A stretch of 64,000 bases of DNA from Eledone cirrhosa (Eukaryota), in the NCBI GenBank assembly GCA_964016885.1, contig OZ024741.1, positions 67,456,001-67,520,000 of the forward strand, written 5' to 3'. The position numbers were made by a program, and so were the translations under genes. Positions 28,347 through 42,273 of the stretch are shown in pieces. A model generated the notes under the pieces. That model searched no databases. It saw nothing but the letters and a program-made list of their open reading frames with translations, and was not told the DNA's origin. Position 1 is the stretch's first letter, and every line of letters begins with the position of its first letter.

Positions 28347-29430
28347 GTATTTCCGTAGAAGAGTGCTCTATGTATGCTACAGAGCTATCTAATTATGTAA
28401 TAAACAACATAAGACAATTATTACATTTACCAGGGGTTTCACGAAGACAGACGAGCTCAACAGAGACGTCTGAAATCGCAAGAGCCCCCAACGGATTAAA
28501 CCCCTTCCCTATCGAGGGAGGTAAATCCCTAATTTGGGTCACGACGTGCTCCGACTCGTTTTTCGCCCCCGACTTTATTGATATGTCACCGGTGCTTTGA
28601 GAAAGCAACACCAACTTTCAGCCCGAGACATATCAATGAATCGAAACAACAAGAGTAATTTTTATTTCCTCTTCAAGTTATTTTGTTTTTTCTGTTCAAC
28701 TTCTAGCTGCCTGATGCTGTCATAGCTGTTGCATAACAGTTATCACCGAAATATATATAACAGCTATTATGAATAAAGGAAGTAAATTCTAGGCTGTTGA
28801 CTTGTACTTCATGGTTTTAATTATACTTGAGAGTAAACAGACCCTTTCCATATGTAAGAATATATATATAGAGAGAGAGAGTGAGAAGGGCTTCTCCTTG
28901 GACACACATCCATGCCTGTATATATGAAGAGAGAGAACGAGGGTGCATGCATATACATGAAAATGTATTTCTTCACTTCTAGAAATACACACACAAATAT
29001 ATTCGTGTATTTGCATGTATAGCTGTATGTATAAGTATGCATATAAACATGTGTGTACATTTATCTGGTGAAATTTTACGTGATATGAATGTATATAGCA
29101 TTCCATTTATTCTCCCTTTTGTTTCCCGTCAATGCGATACAAGTTCATATTTAGAAATGACAAAATGTTCTCATAGAAGTCTTTAAATAGACTGCAAATT
29201 GATTACAATTAAGTACGTCCATATTGATATTGCACACAAGGAGGGAATTGCATCTTACTACCCCTCTATCCCCCCCCCCCCCGCTCTCTCTCACTCTCCG
29301 AAACTTCGAAACTTCTCCCCCTCGATATATATAATATTAATATTAATAGACTTGTTTTCATTCTTAGATGATATGTCCGGCGATACAGAATGGAACATGT
29401 AATTGACTTTCAGCGTTGTATTCAGTTATA

Positions 29431-29431
<1 letters not shown>

Positions 29432-29500
<69 letters not shown>

Positions 29501-29543
29501 ACCACCATTGCTACAAACACCACAACTACCGCCACCACCACCT

Positions 29544-29597
<54 letters not shown>

Positions 29598-29607
29598 TCA
29601 CTACTAT

Positions 29608-29663
<56 letters not shown>
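29432..29663. repeat. Compound (ACT)n/(GCT)n/(ACC)n trinucleotide repeat
   Basis: Seen directly in the sequence. Confidence 0.95.
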
Positions 29664-29666
<3 letters not shown>

Positions 29667-29792
29667 ATAATAATATGTATAACAATAATTGATATTATTA
29701 TCGATATTATCGTCATATTTATTTTCGTTTATTGTTTTTCTATATATACACACGTACACAAGCACACACATAATACATATATACATACATGC

Positions 29793-29883
<91 letters not shown>

Positions 29884-29917
29884 CTGATATTCATTGTAAC
29901 GCTAAAAATATCTTAGC

Positions 29918-30058
<141 letters not shown>

Positions 30059-30505
30059 GTATATACACATACATACATACCTACATATATACATACATAC
30101 ATACCTACATATATACATATATACATACATACATACATACTTACATATATATATATATATATATATCCTGCTGAGATATTTTTAGCGCCACAATGAATAG
30201 CAGTATTGTTAATATTGATGTTCTTTGTTATCTATGCTGATATCATTTTAGTTGTTCCTTCTCTTACAGGCAGCTTTGTTACTTGCTTTTGGTGTATTCT
30301 AATCTAATTTATAGAAAGGTTGCTAGAATGGCTCACATTCACATCTTTTATACTACCGCTTCTCTCCCCTCTCTGTTTCTTTCTAAACATCTATTTCTGA
30401 CGGTACAATGAGACTGACACAATTATGTGTATATACACGCATATATATATATATATATATATATGAAATTCAAAGGGTATATGTAATTACTCTTTGGGCT
30501 TAATT

Positions 30506-30580
<75 letters not shown>

Positions 30581-30654
30581 ACAAATAGGGAGTGGTAAGG
30601 TACCAGGTGACCATAACGCACCAGATTACTGATTACTTAGGGTAGTAGAGGGAG

Positions 30655-30785
30655 TAATATGAAAAAAGTCAGGACCTCGACCGCTGAGCTCCGGCCGTTT
30701 CGACAGCTAGATCTGAACAGCTAGATTCGGATCTAGCTGTCGAAAGGGCCGGAGCTCAGCCGTCGGTGTCCTGAATATTTTCATA
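30655..30785. repeat. Palindrome of family A-like HHR 3' halves
   Basis: Both arms read AGCTGTC-GAAA-(C/G)GGC...GC(C/G)G-TC outward from the centre. Confidence 0.6.
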
Positions 30786-30806
30786 TAGATATGTATATAA
30801 AAAAAA

Positions 30807-31066
30807 GAAAATTTCGCTCTACATGTCTGAATACAATAAATGTAATCTGAGTTTTTCGAATATTAATAATAACAATCGTATCGTTTGCAATTATGCAGTT
30901 CTGTTCACATGCCAACACAAGAGCAAGAATGAAGTGTTCATTCTACTGACATGGCTATAAGATTGAGGCTTGTTTGCATAATTGCAAACAAATCGTATGT
31001 TATTATTAATATTCGAAAAACTCAGATTACATTTATTGTATTCAGCCATGTAGAGCGAAATTTTCT
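30807..31066. repeat. MITE-like/foldback element with ~90-bp inverted arms
   Basis: 30807-30897 is the inverse of ~30975-31066. The inner part is repeated at ~31333-31468. Confidence 0.7.
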
Positions 31067-31463
31067 TTTTTATTTGAATTTGGCAAAGCTGACCATTTAT
31101 CGCTCGTATACAGGAAACTGACTGGCCAGTCTGCTGATATGCAAATCTGATTGATCAGTGGATCTGCTAATATGCAGATCTGACTCGTCAGCCAGTCTCC
31201 TAATATGCAAATCAGGCTGATCAGTTACTGTGTATTTTTGAAAATAGCATATATTTTCACTAGCGCTGACAGTTTGGCAGGTGAACAGTGAGCTGTACTG
31301 ATGAAGGTTGATACCCAGAAACATTAGTGTCTGCAGTTCTGTTCGCATGCCAGCACAAGAGCAAGAATGAAGGGTTCATTCTACTGACATGGCTATAAAA
31401 TTGAGGCTTGTTTGCAAAATTTCAAACGAATGGAATGTTATTATTAATATTCGAAAAACTTAG

Positions 31464-31553
<90 letters not shown>

Positions 31554-32879
31554 CATGTATTTGTATATATATATATATATATATACATGTAATGGCATAA
31601 ATATATCATGATTGTGATCATTATCATTTTCATCATCATCATCATCATATCATCAGATCCCCTCCTTTTAAATTATAGCAAGGATACACCAGCTGTTGAC
31701 AGACCACGTTAGTACTTAATCGAAGCCTCAGATATTTTATATAACCTGGGAACACATTTCAGACTTCAATCATGATTCAGACTACAATGTGCATTTCATC
31801 CTTCTGCCAGGAATAGGGAGGTGGTCCTGTTTTTGATACAAATGAAGAGTCCTCTCTGCTTTTTGTTTAACAAATTGTATACAACAGCTCAATCACTGTT
31901 CCTAACACCAACTTCTTTACAGCGTATGCTGGGTGAGATTGCCGCATGTCCTTTACACAACTGAATAATTTTCTCCACCTTTTTTGTTATGGCTTCTATT
32001 TGAATAACCAACGATATTAGTAGGTGCTAGGTACATTTCTTCTGGCACCAACACTAATGGAGCTGTGTCATGATTGAAGCATAATTGCAACCGTTGTTTG
32101 GCGAGGTTTCTACTGCTGAAAGCTCCATTTAAATTTACAAAAAAAAAACAGAGTGTACTGGATGCGCTGCATCGTGGAACCAGCACTAGGGAGGCTGTCT
32201 ATTATTGATACCACAGAAGAGCCTACTCGTTCCACCACCTGCTACCCTACCAGTTATTCTGCAGTCAAGGCCTGTGTCTAACCGCCAAGCAGCATCACAG
32301 TGCGCATGCACACATCACACAGCCTACTCTTCACTATGAAAGAGTGTCTGCAGAGTTACTAGCCGTTGTCTGCAGAGTTACTAGCTCCCTAAATACTCTC
32401 CAGTCAGATCTTATTTGGCTTATCATACTTCCAAAACATATTGCCGACTTGTTTACTGAGGCCACAAAATTCGTCAATGCCACATAAAGAGCCTCCTGGG
32501 TAATTAAAAAAAATTACTTCACTCATTCTCTTAGTGCCCATTCTTCCCGTGTAATCACTGCACAAGCAAATTCCATCTTCTAAGTCATCCTGTCAGCACT
32601 GCTACTACTATGATGTGCATTTCAAGGAAATTCTCAACACCACTATCTTCTTCAACATATTGGTGGTATCAGATTCCTGTCTTTCTTCCCAACTATCAAA
32701 ACCATAGTTTCCACTAAGCTTAATTACAGACCTCAAGATTCCTGATTCTGTCTCCAAATCTTAGAATTTTCCCCCAACTCCTTCACAGATTAATTTATGA
32801 GTACCAGATTTTCTGTATTCTGGATCTTCCAGGGAGTTCCAGTCACAAACTTGTCATGGTATGAAGCTGATAAAGGACT

Positions 32880-33060
32880 TCCATTTCCTCACCGTGCCAA
32901 CATTCATATTGCTGGTTTTCCTTGCACATATTCTCTGAACCAATCCGACGAGAAACTCTTCCTATGAAGCTTCCTTTACTTCCACCAGATAACGGAGCTC
33001 AAAACACCGTCAAATGCTCCCTCGAGATCTACAAATGCCAAGTGTGTTGTCCTAGCAACC
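32880..33060 (-). pseudogene. Degraded RTE-like LINE RT fragment
   Basis: HLAFVDLEGAFDGV..SVIWW resembles the RT motif AFVDLEKAFDRV...IW. Confidence 0.6.
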
Positions 33061-33494
33061 GAAGTGTACGATAAATTCATAACAATACACATCTTATCAT
33101 CTAGCATGTTTACATGCCTAGATATTAAAAATGTATACATATATATATATATAGACATTGGTGCAGTCCAGATTACCCACAATGTATATAGAAATATAAC
33201 TTTATATATATGTGTGTTATGTAGGATCAAAGCGACTGTTGCAGCTTATATATAAACTTTATTGCAAATGCGCCAATAAAGTACAATATACCAATTAATT
33301 TTATATATATATCCTGCAAACGTGACTTTGATCCAACTTACCTTATTTACACTCTGCACAATACATCCGCCTTAACTCTAGAATACAACCCAACACGAGA
33401 CGGAATATGTAACAGCATTGAATGCTTCGCTGGCGCAATGCCTGTAACGCTAGAATAACACACATACACACAGACATATATATATATATATGTA

Positions 33495-33536
<42 letters not shown>

Positions 33537-33726
33537 AAATTAAGATAATCAAAATTATGGGTGTCATGCCAGAAAGACATGCGCCATATCACCCGCAAAA
33601 TAAGCTCTAAGAATCTAACGAATAGGTCCGAGCATTTTATAATAACTAGAAATTGATTAACATATAAATAAACATGAATAATCACAGGAGATAATTTTTA
33701 CAAGTGTGTAAGCACACATAGCTAAA

Positions 33727-33878
33727 TAAAGTTAACCAGAACTTCAAAAATAGATACTTTATAATATAAGTTAACCAGAACTTCAAAAATAGATACCTTA
33801 TAATATGATAAGTTAACCAGAACTCCAAAAATAGATACCTTATCATATTATAATTTTTGAAGTTCTGGTTAACTTTAT
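33727..33878. repeat. ~40-bp minisatellite (3 units) plus inverted partial unit
   Basis: AAGTTAACCAGAACTTCAAAAATAGATAC x3, then TTTTTGAAGTTCTGGTTAACTT. Confidence 0.85.
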
Positions 33879-33891
33879 TTAGTTACCTACC

Positions 33892-33925
<34 letters not shown>

Positions 33926-36900
33926 CATACACACACACACACACATATACATGTACATATACATGTACATATACATATCATCATCATGATTTTACGTCCG
34001 CTTTCCACGCCGACAGGTATTGGTCGGACTATCCTGGTACAAGACCAGAGACATCGATGTGACCTCATCTAACTCATACACTCTGAATGTAGCATGACTT
34101 CCTGGGTCGGATGTCCCTGTCAATGTCAACCACCTACATATATATATATATATAAATGTGTGTCTGTATGTGCGTGTGTATACTCATAGTGCGACGTAGT
34201 CACCTATGGCTATGTATGTATGTATGTATTTATCTTCGGACAAAGAAAACAAAACCTCTCAATCCATTTACATATTTGTCTATGTATATGTTTTCAGTCT
34301 GTTTTTCTATCGATCTCTCCATCTCTTTTCCTAACTATCTGTGTGTGCCTGTTTGTTCGTCTATCTTTTTATCTATATACCTATCAAAAGTATACATTGA
34401 ATTAAAAACTCACAATAGTCCCTTATAATTAAAATAGCTCAAGGAAAAGATTTTCTGAGCCTTATAATAGAATAAAGAGAGACAAAAACGGATATATACA
34501 TATATTCATTGAACGCATATATGTATATATCTGTGTTTGTTTCTCTTTATTATATACCTATCAATATATTACATATCTATATATCTATTTCTATCTACCC
34601 CTTTATGTATATTTACGAATATATGTATCATCGAACAAGAAAAATGTCAACAACAGCAAAATAATTGTCCCTGGGTTAGTCCCAAGAAAGATGGACAGAA
34701 CATAGTGAACAAAATATAGTAAATATATCTCTGATAGTCCATATGAAAATAACTATTGTAATTGATTTAAAATGAAGTACGGGAGTAGCCGTAGTTGTCA
34801 AGATCAAGGAAGATCGAGGATTCAAGCATCTTTACATAAGGTGTAGGAAACAAAGAAATACTAATTAATATTTATTTTGTTGCGTACTACGCTAGTATCC
34901 TAAGCGTGATACTAATAAGCTTTTGTTGTTTTTTGGCATATCCGTATTTGTGTTGTCATTTCTTCGACTATGTATATACATAGAAGTAGTTCCACAACAG
35001 TTAGTTCATCATACCGGGATCAAATGTTTCACATTATGCGCATCCTCAGGTTGGTCTGAATGAAGTTGTGGAACTACTTCTACCAAACTCGTCCCATGGA
35101 CTGAGTACTCTACTACTACGGACATAACCCTCCAGTATTCTACTATTATATATATATATACATATGTGTGTGTGTGTGTGTGTGTATTTATACTCACACA
35201 CGCATACATATACTTGTATTTAGGTATGTATGCATGTATGTGTGTATGTATGCATATGTAGAGTGAGAGAATGAGAGAGACAAATTTCCATCATAATAGC
35301 AAGGATTCCTACACGCACAATATTTAGTATTATATATGAACAAATCAACTTGACTAAATAAAGACACAAACTGCATTAAGAGTTACAATGCAATGGAAAC
35401 TGAAAACTGTTTCTAAGACACCATATTGGGTAACTATAATACTACGAAAGAAATATAAATCTTTAAACAATGCTGCGTTTCTATATCTTGGGCAGATATT
35501 GTCAGCTATTAAGAAAAAAATGCTTCTATATTCAAGAAACAACTTCAAAATGTTTACTATTATAACGAACCTGCAGAAATAATCTGGTGCATTTCTAACT
35601 GAAGTTACATTTTAAGAATTTAGTTCCAAACGGTCTTCTTTTACTTATATTTCTCTGCTTTTTTTTTCTCATTATATATGATGCCCAGGCGACGAATTGG
35701 CGGAACGTTTCAGAACCTCGATTAAAATGCTCAGGGATATTCGTTCCGGCTCTCTGCGATCTGAATTTATGATGAATCCCGCCATAGTCAATTTTGCTTT
35801 TCATCACTTTAAAGTCGATAAATAAACTATCAGTTGGGTCAATTCTTTCTCTATATGTCCATCATTGGACGAAATTGGCTGTGTTCTGAGGTGGAGACGG
35901 ATGGGTTTCCCAAGGGTTTTATTCCCAAGACATGACACGACGGCGTTCGTACGATCGCACCCTATCATGTAAATGTATATATATTGAATTAGAATGCCTT
36001 CGCTCTGCTTATTTGCGTATATTTTATCACATTGTTTCATATTTCTCTATGATGTAGCTAACATGACAAGACAGCGTCTAAGCAACTAACAATGCTATAG
36101 CTTCCGTAAGTTTGTACCTATTAAGCAAAACTGCCAACTATCGTAAGTATTTACAGCTCAGCACTGCATTAACAAAGCACTCGTCAATTTTGCATTACCA
36201 AACAATTCCCTTTGGGTTTCTGTAAATACGAAGGATATGAATCTAACCACTGGCTATTTAAATAATAATTAAACATGTTCCGTTAAACAATGAACTACTG
36301 GACACATCATTTGAGCACTATCGATTTTCTGGTAGGCACACCAGCGTCATATGAAATCGATCATCCATATCTTCTCTTCAACATCTCCTTTGACATTATG
36401 TATATATCAATTGCATTTCCCCGTAAGATAATGATATAAACCTATTCTTTAGCTTGCAGATATTAAACTAGCCAAAAACACTACACTTAGAACATGAAAA
36501 GCTGATATCGAAAATAACATGATATTCATGTAATACAGAACAGACAGGATCATTGGATGTATGTTCTCGGGTTGCAATTCATACGAAAATCCCATGACAT
36601 GATCGCAGGTTAAATACACTGTTTTATTTAATTTTATCTCTACAATTTGAGTTCATACAATGATATGATTCAGTCTGTTCTGCCTTACGCCAGGATTGGT
36701 CAATTAAAAATAATAATATTGCCGGATCAACCCATTCGACTCTACCTGTAACCTGCAAACCTGAAGCATTGATCATACTCGAGAAACCATTAATATGTCA
36801 ATTTGATCAAACTTTTGAACTTTAAGGTTTGATATGAACAATATTGCGCTGCAAATATAAATTTGGAAATTTCTACTTGATAGGTTCCAACAATATCATA

Positions 36901-37889
36901 TGTAACAATCTTGAAGGTCTAATGCCACCTTTTATGATAGTGGAACTTATACATGTGTGAGAAATACTTGATTTGTATATATACACCATAGCAACATATA
37001 GAACAAAACATCCAAAGGATTCTTGGAACATGTGGTTTGTCAAGGTCTTGTTAGCTTGATAAATTCTAAAACTTCCATGACTATTAGCTATGGGTGGCCT
37101 ACATACGTCATATTTATATGCATATTCTGAAAACGCCATGCATGAGAAATGTGACAAAAAGAAACAAAGGCAAGTGTCTCCAGCTGCTCGCCGTATAATC
37201 TAGTTTTAATGTTTCCCACATGATTAACTATATGTTTGGAATAGATTATTGTGAATAGTATTCTAGCTGTGTGCTTCATTATAAAGTCATCAATCTCAGC
37301 TTTAACATTTATAAGTGAATGATTTTATCCCATCGCTTTTATATTCCACGATCTATATAACGGAAGAGAACACGTAAAAGCCGTACTCCAGCATAGCTGC
37401 AGTCCAATAACTGAAACCAATAAAGGAAACAGAATAAACAATATATTTGCGTGTAAAATACCTAACAAAGACATGAATACATAGAGAGCCTCGCCTGCAT
37501 AGCAATCGAACACATCTACACACGAACACATCTACACAGGCCTCTACGTGGTTGAACACTTTAGTGAGAGCAGCAAACACATTTCAAACAAACTACACAC
37601 TAATGTCATATTAAAGGTCACATAGGACTAACCATGACTTTGGAAAAACAAAATAGACATAATAATCATAGTGTGTACTTATTTGATTTTAAATAGTATT
37701 GAAAAATGTTGGTGATGTCCAAAACAATTGCAAATACACAACCGACACCTACCCGCACACGCACCTAGATATTAAACGGATTTTATACATACATACATAC
37801 ACACACACACATACATATATATACACACATACGCATATATATAATATATATATATATATATATTCATAGTCACACACCTCCACACACAC

Positions 37890-37937
<48 letters not shown>

Positions 37938-38035
37938 ATAATAATAAAATTGAAGACTAAAATCCAAAGAGGGCTCGATAAGGAAAATATATATCAAATA
38001 TATAAGAACCGTAGACCAAATATTTATTAAAATAA

Positions 38036-38109
38036 CAGATTAAAGTTTAAGCAAAGAATCGCTGCTTTCACCCTTAACGGGATCTTCTGAAACTAACAAA
38101 GTCAATCTG
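38036..38109 (-). ncRNA. Hammerhead variant (CAGAAGA core) in Naiad pLTR; copies at 41290-41363 and 44544-44617
   Basis: CAGATTGA...AGTTT-CAGAAGA-T-CCC-GTTAA-GGG-T-GAAA-GCA...TGC-TT-AAACT-TTAATCTG: bipartite stem I, stems II and III, CUU triplet. Confidence 0.6.
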
Positions 38110-39019
38110 TAAACGCAGAACTGGATATTTCAAAAAACGTTGCAACCGAAGGAAGACAGGAAGACGATACTTTGGTTCGTGGTTACGTTCGCTGGCAAAG
38201 AACGGGAAAAAACGAATAATACGTCATTAATAGGAGCGGTGAAAAACAATTACGCGCAAAGACAAAACCACGTTTATGGCATAAAAGAGGTCGTAGACTA
38301 ATGTTCTCTTAGGTGGTGCATAGAGACGTTCTCTGGCAATGAACGAAAAAACGAAGATAATAAGTCATATGTGGAACGTGGAGAACAATAGCACGCAAAG
38401 ACAAAACCACGTAAATGGTATAGCAGAAATCGTAGACTAAAATTCTAACTAGGAGACCAAATGAATCTCCGCTACAGAGTTAAGAACAAAGTAAATAAAT
38501 ACAAAGATAAGAGAAACAAATAAATACATACACGCAAACAGATACGTACATACACAAGCATACGCAAAAGCTTACCATGGGTATACAAAACCACGCACAT
38601 ATAAATATGTGTGTGTGTGTGTATGCTTGTGTACAAATAAATAAATAATTATATAAACGTATATAAGTAAATAAATACGTATATAACAAGCGCACACGCA
38701 TACCTACATATAAATACACGAATGTTCGGAGACGTAAGTCAACTAAAACAAGAAGTACACATATACACACACCCACCATACGTACGAACCTGCACACTCA
38801 CGCGGACGCAAAACTCCCGTATACACATAGCCAAACCCTAAATACCAGAATATGTAAAAATTATACGCTATAACAGTCAAATATACGTACGAGAAGGTAT
38901 ACATACCTTCCCAAAACATACGGGTAATATATACTTACCTATGCAAATAAGTAAAGGAATAAACAAAACATATACTTAGCTCCCACATCAAGACGTAAAA
39001 TATCCACGTATAGATCGTG

Positions 39020-41144
39020 CTATCCGTTAGGGTATAACGTGGGGCTGTAATACAGGAAAGTTTTGTGCAATTTATGTTTACAAGCCGAAAATGCCTCAGA
39101 TTTTTTGTTTAAGAAGTGGTCTGTAGCGTAGAGTATTTCCAGGGCCTCAGCGGCGCAGAAGTCACATGGTCTTTTATTTCCGTTATACGATCTAGCCCTA
39201 GCTAGGATCTCCCAGTGTAACTTATATTGGGTGTGGTTGTCTTTTAGACTCCCGATATAAGCTGAAAGTGACGTCATATTCCTTCTTAGAGGGTAACGAA
39301 AAGAATGGGTATGCATGTATAGACGCTGCTTGAAACTATTGGCGGTTAACCCTATGTAGGCCCTACGGGACGTGGGTGTTACAACCTTACATTTGTAGAC
39401 AATGTTATTAGAGAGGCATTTCCCGGATAGGGGGCAATCAGCCCGATTCCTACAATTACAGTTAGTACTAACTACAGGGTTGCACGTGTTCCTACGGCTA
39501 GTTTAGCTAAATTTGAAGCTGTGATGTTATGTGCAAGGTTAGGAGTCGTAGAGTAAGAAATGTTAATAGTATTTCTATTAAAAATTTTACTATATTTATG
39601 TGTAGGGGAAAATGCTTCGTAATAAGGGAAAGAAAGATCTTAGCTAATGGTGTGGCCACCTCCATATTATATGGTGGGTTAAACCAACAAATGCGACGGG
39701 ATCTATTTCTTCTAGGTCTATTTTCGTACTCTGTATATGCTACCTTATCGACAAATCCACTTCGAGCAAGAGCTTCATTGTAATAAGTGGAATGGTCGTT
39801 GAAAATGCGCTCGTTGGTGGAAAGACGGGAAAGCCTCAACGAAACGTTTCTTACCAGGTTCTTGGTTATGCTGGCAGGATGGTTGGAATGCTTACTTATG
39901 TAATTAAGCGTATCATTCGGCTTTCTATACGGGTAATACAACCCATTCAATAAATTGAGGGTAACGTCGAGGTAATTAACGACCGACAGATTGGCCTCAA
40001 CCTGTATAGAGAGGTTGAAGCCTTTAAAGAAGGCTGTGAGTTCTTTTCTGAACCTGTCGCAAGCACGAGGTCCGCACTTAGTCATGGTCAAAAGACCATC
40101 GTCACGGTACAAACCACCGCCCGCGTTGGGGAATTTGTCCTTGATAGAGAAAAGAAGGAAAAGGCCAATAAGATCAGTAACTTCCGCAGAGTCACTGGCG
40201 CCCATACTCACGTCGAATGGGGTACTATTGGATATTTTAATCCAAATAGAGTCGTCGAAATTAATCACCGACTTTCGGGCATCAAGGATGACATCAACTT
40301 CAGAATCCTTAACCACTGTGAGTGTTTTAGCGAAATTGATAGCTCTAAGGAGAAGTGGTAAAGTGATGGAGGAGTAGTAATTGTTGATATCGAATTGGAT
40401 AAAACGGCAATGTTCCTTGTTACATATGCCGTTGAACCAATCAATCACTGCGAAAGAATTGTTCCACAGTACGAGAGGGGCCAAACTTCTAATTTCAGTT
40501 ATAATTCTATCAAGAATCGTTTTACTAAGTCTACCTAAATCGGACTTCGTAGGGTTAATAAGCCGAATAGAGGGGTTGTTCGGAAAATTGGATTTGTGAT
40601 CCTTCAGGGTAAAGTGGGGAGAGATAGGATCCAGAGGTTCGGTCCGGTCCAGGATGTTGATATCAGATGTGATTTTAAACCCAGCATCGTTGATTTCATT
40701 GATGACGCACCGATTAGTTTTACGGTAATCCTTAGTTACAGCATTATGTAGTAGTTGATGGTAAGTACTGCGCTCCACTTGATATAGGTTGCCAGTTTTG
40801 TCGGAATGGACGTGCACGGCGTTAGAATCCTTAATAGAACGAATTCTATTCTTCAGGTCTAGCTGGAAGGAATTGCTCCTATTCCAAAATTTGATATTCC
40901 GAATGAGTTCCAAGACATCATTTTCGAAGGGTAGCAATGCTGGGTTCGACGGAGGGTTATTATAGGTTTTAAATCCAAATTTATCCTGTTTGTTGTCTGC
41001 TTTTCGCGGATTATCGAAATAAAAGGCACGCCAACGCAACCTTTTAATGAACGCGTCTGTTTTCTGTATCAGGAGTTTTAGGTATGTTTTCCTGCTTGGT
41101 ACGGGTATGTTCTTTGTAGAAATATTCAGATGTTGTTTCTGCAT
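39020..41144 (-). pseudogene. Naiad PLE RT + GIY-YIG polyprotein, copy 1 (two -1 frameshifts in the linker)
   Basis: STKNIP..RLRWRA, DKTGNLY, RLINPTKS, FDI..YYSSI, FDVSMGA, GLYRDDGL, YLDV, WFNPPY. Frameshifts near 39607 and 39497, then CNCRNRADCPL..KCL..IVYKC...YIGLT..FKQR...CDFC...E...CKH. Confidence 0.9.
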
Positions 41145-42273
41145 GATGAATATAAGTCAGTAGAGTGCTCAACCGAAGGAGCCAAATAGTAATAATAATA
41201 AAATTGAAGACTAAAATCCAAAGAGGGCTCGATAAGGAAAATATATATCAAATATATAAGAACCGTAGACCAAATATTTATTAAAATAACAGATTAAAGT
41301 TTAAGCAAAGAATCGCTGCTTTCACCCTTAACGGGATCTTCTGAAACTAACAAAGTCAATCTGTAAACGCAGAACTGGATATTTCAAAAAACGTTGCAAC
41401 CGAAGGAAGACAGGAAGACGATACTTTGGTTCGTGGTTACGTTCGCTGGCAAAGAACGGGAAAAAACGAATAATACGTCATTAATAGGAGCGGTGAAAAA
41501 CAATTACGCGCAAAGACAAAACCACGTTTATGGCATAAAAGAGGTCGTAGACTAATGTTCTCTTAGGTGGTGCATAGAGACGTTCTCTGGCAATGAACGA
41601 AAAAACGAAGATAATAAGTCATATGTGGAACGTGGAGAACAATAGCACGCAAAGACAAAACCACGTAAATGGTATAGCAGAAATCGTAGACTAAAATTCT
41701 AACTAGGAGACCAAATGAATCTCCGCTACAGAGTTAAGAACAAAGTAAATAAATACAAAGATAAGAGAAACAAATAAATACATACACGCAAACAGATACG
41801 TACATACACAAGCATACGCAAAAGCTTACCATGGGTATACAAAACCACGCACATATAAATATGTGTGTGTGTGTGTATGCTTGTGTACAAATAAATAAAT
41901 AATTATATAAACGTATATAAGTAAATAAATACGTATATAACAAGCGCACACGCATACCTACATATAAATACACGAATGTTCGGAGACGTAAGTCAACTAA
42001 AACAAGAAGTACACATATACACACACCCACCATACGTACGAACCTGCACACTCACGCGGACGCAAAACTCCCGTATACACATAGCCAAACCCTAAATACC
42101 AGAATATGTAAAAATTATACGCTATAACAGTCAAATATACGTACGAGAAGGTATACATACCTTCCCAAAACATACGGGTAATATATACTTACCTATGCAA
42201 ATAAGTAAAGGAATAAACAAAACATATACTTAGCTCCCACATCAAGACGTAAAATATCCACGTATAGATCGTG

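Noticed and set aside
28324-28660. Another ribozyme in a GC-richer island with hairpins
   Set aside because: Hairpins are present, but I could not assemble a consistent HHR core and stems.
35200-37750. Host gene exons in repeat-poor stretches (also 59000-60700)
   Set aside because: Only short ORFs with no recognisable domains; cannot be supported without transcript or homology data.
39490-39610. Programmed ribosomal frameshifting between RT and endonuclease
   Set aside because: Two separate shifts would be needed and PLEs normally have one ORF; decay or sequence error is simpler.
39529-40599. Antisense ORFs over the PLE and LINE coding regions
   Set aside because: Shadow frames of the real coding strand with no recognisable motifs.
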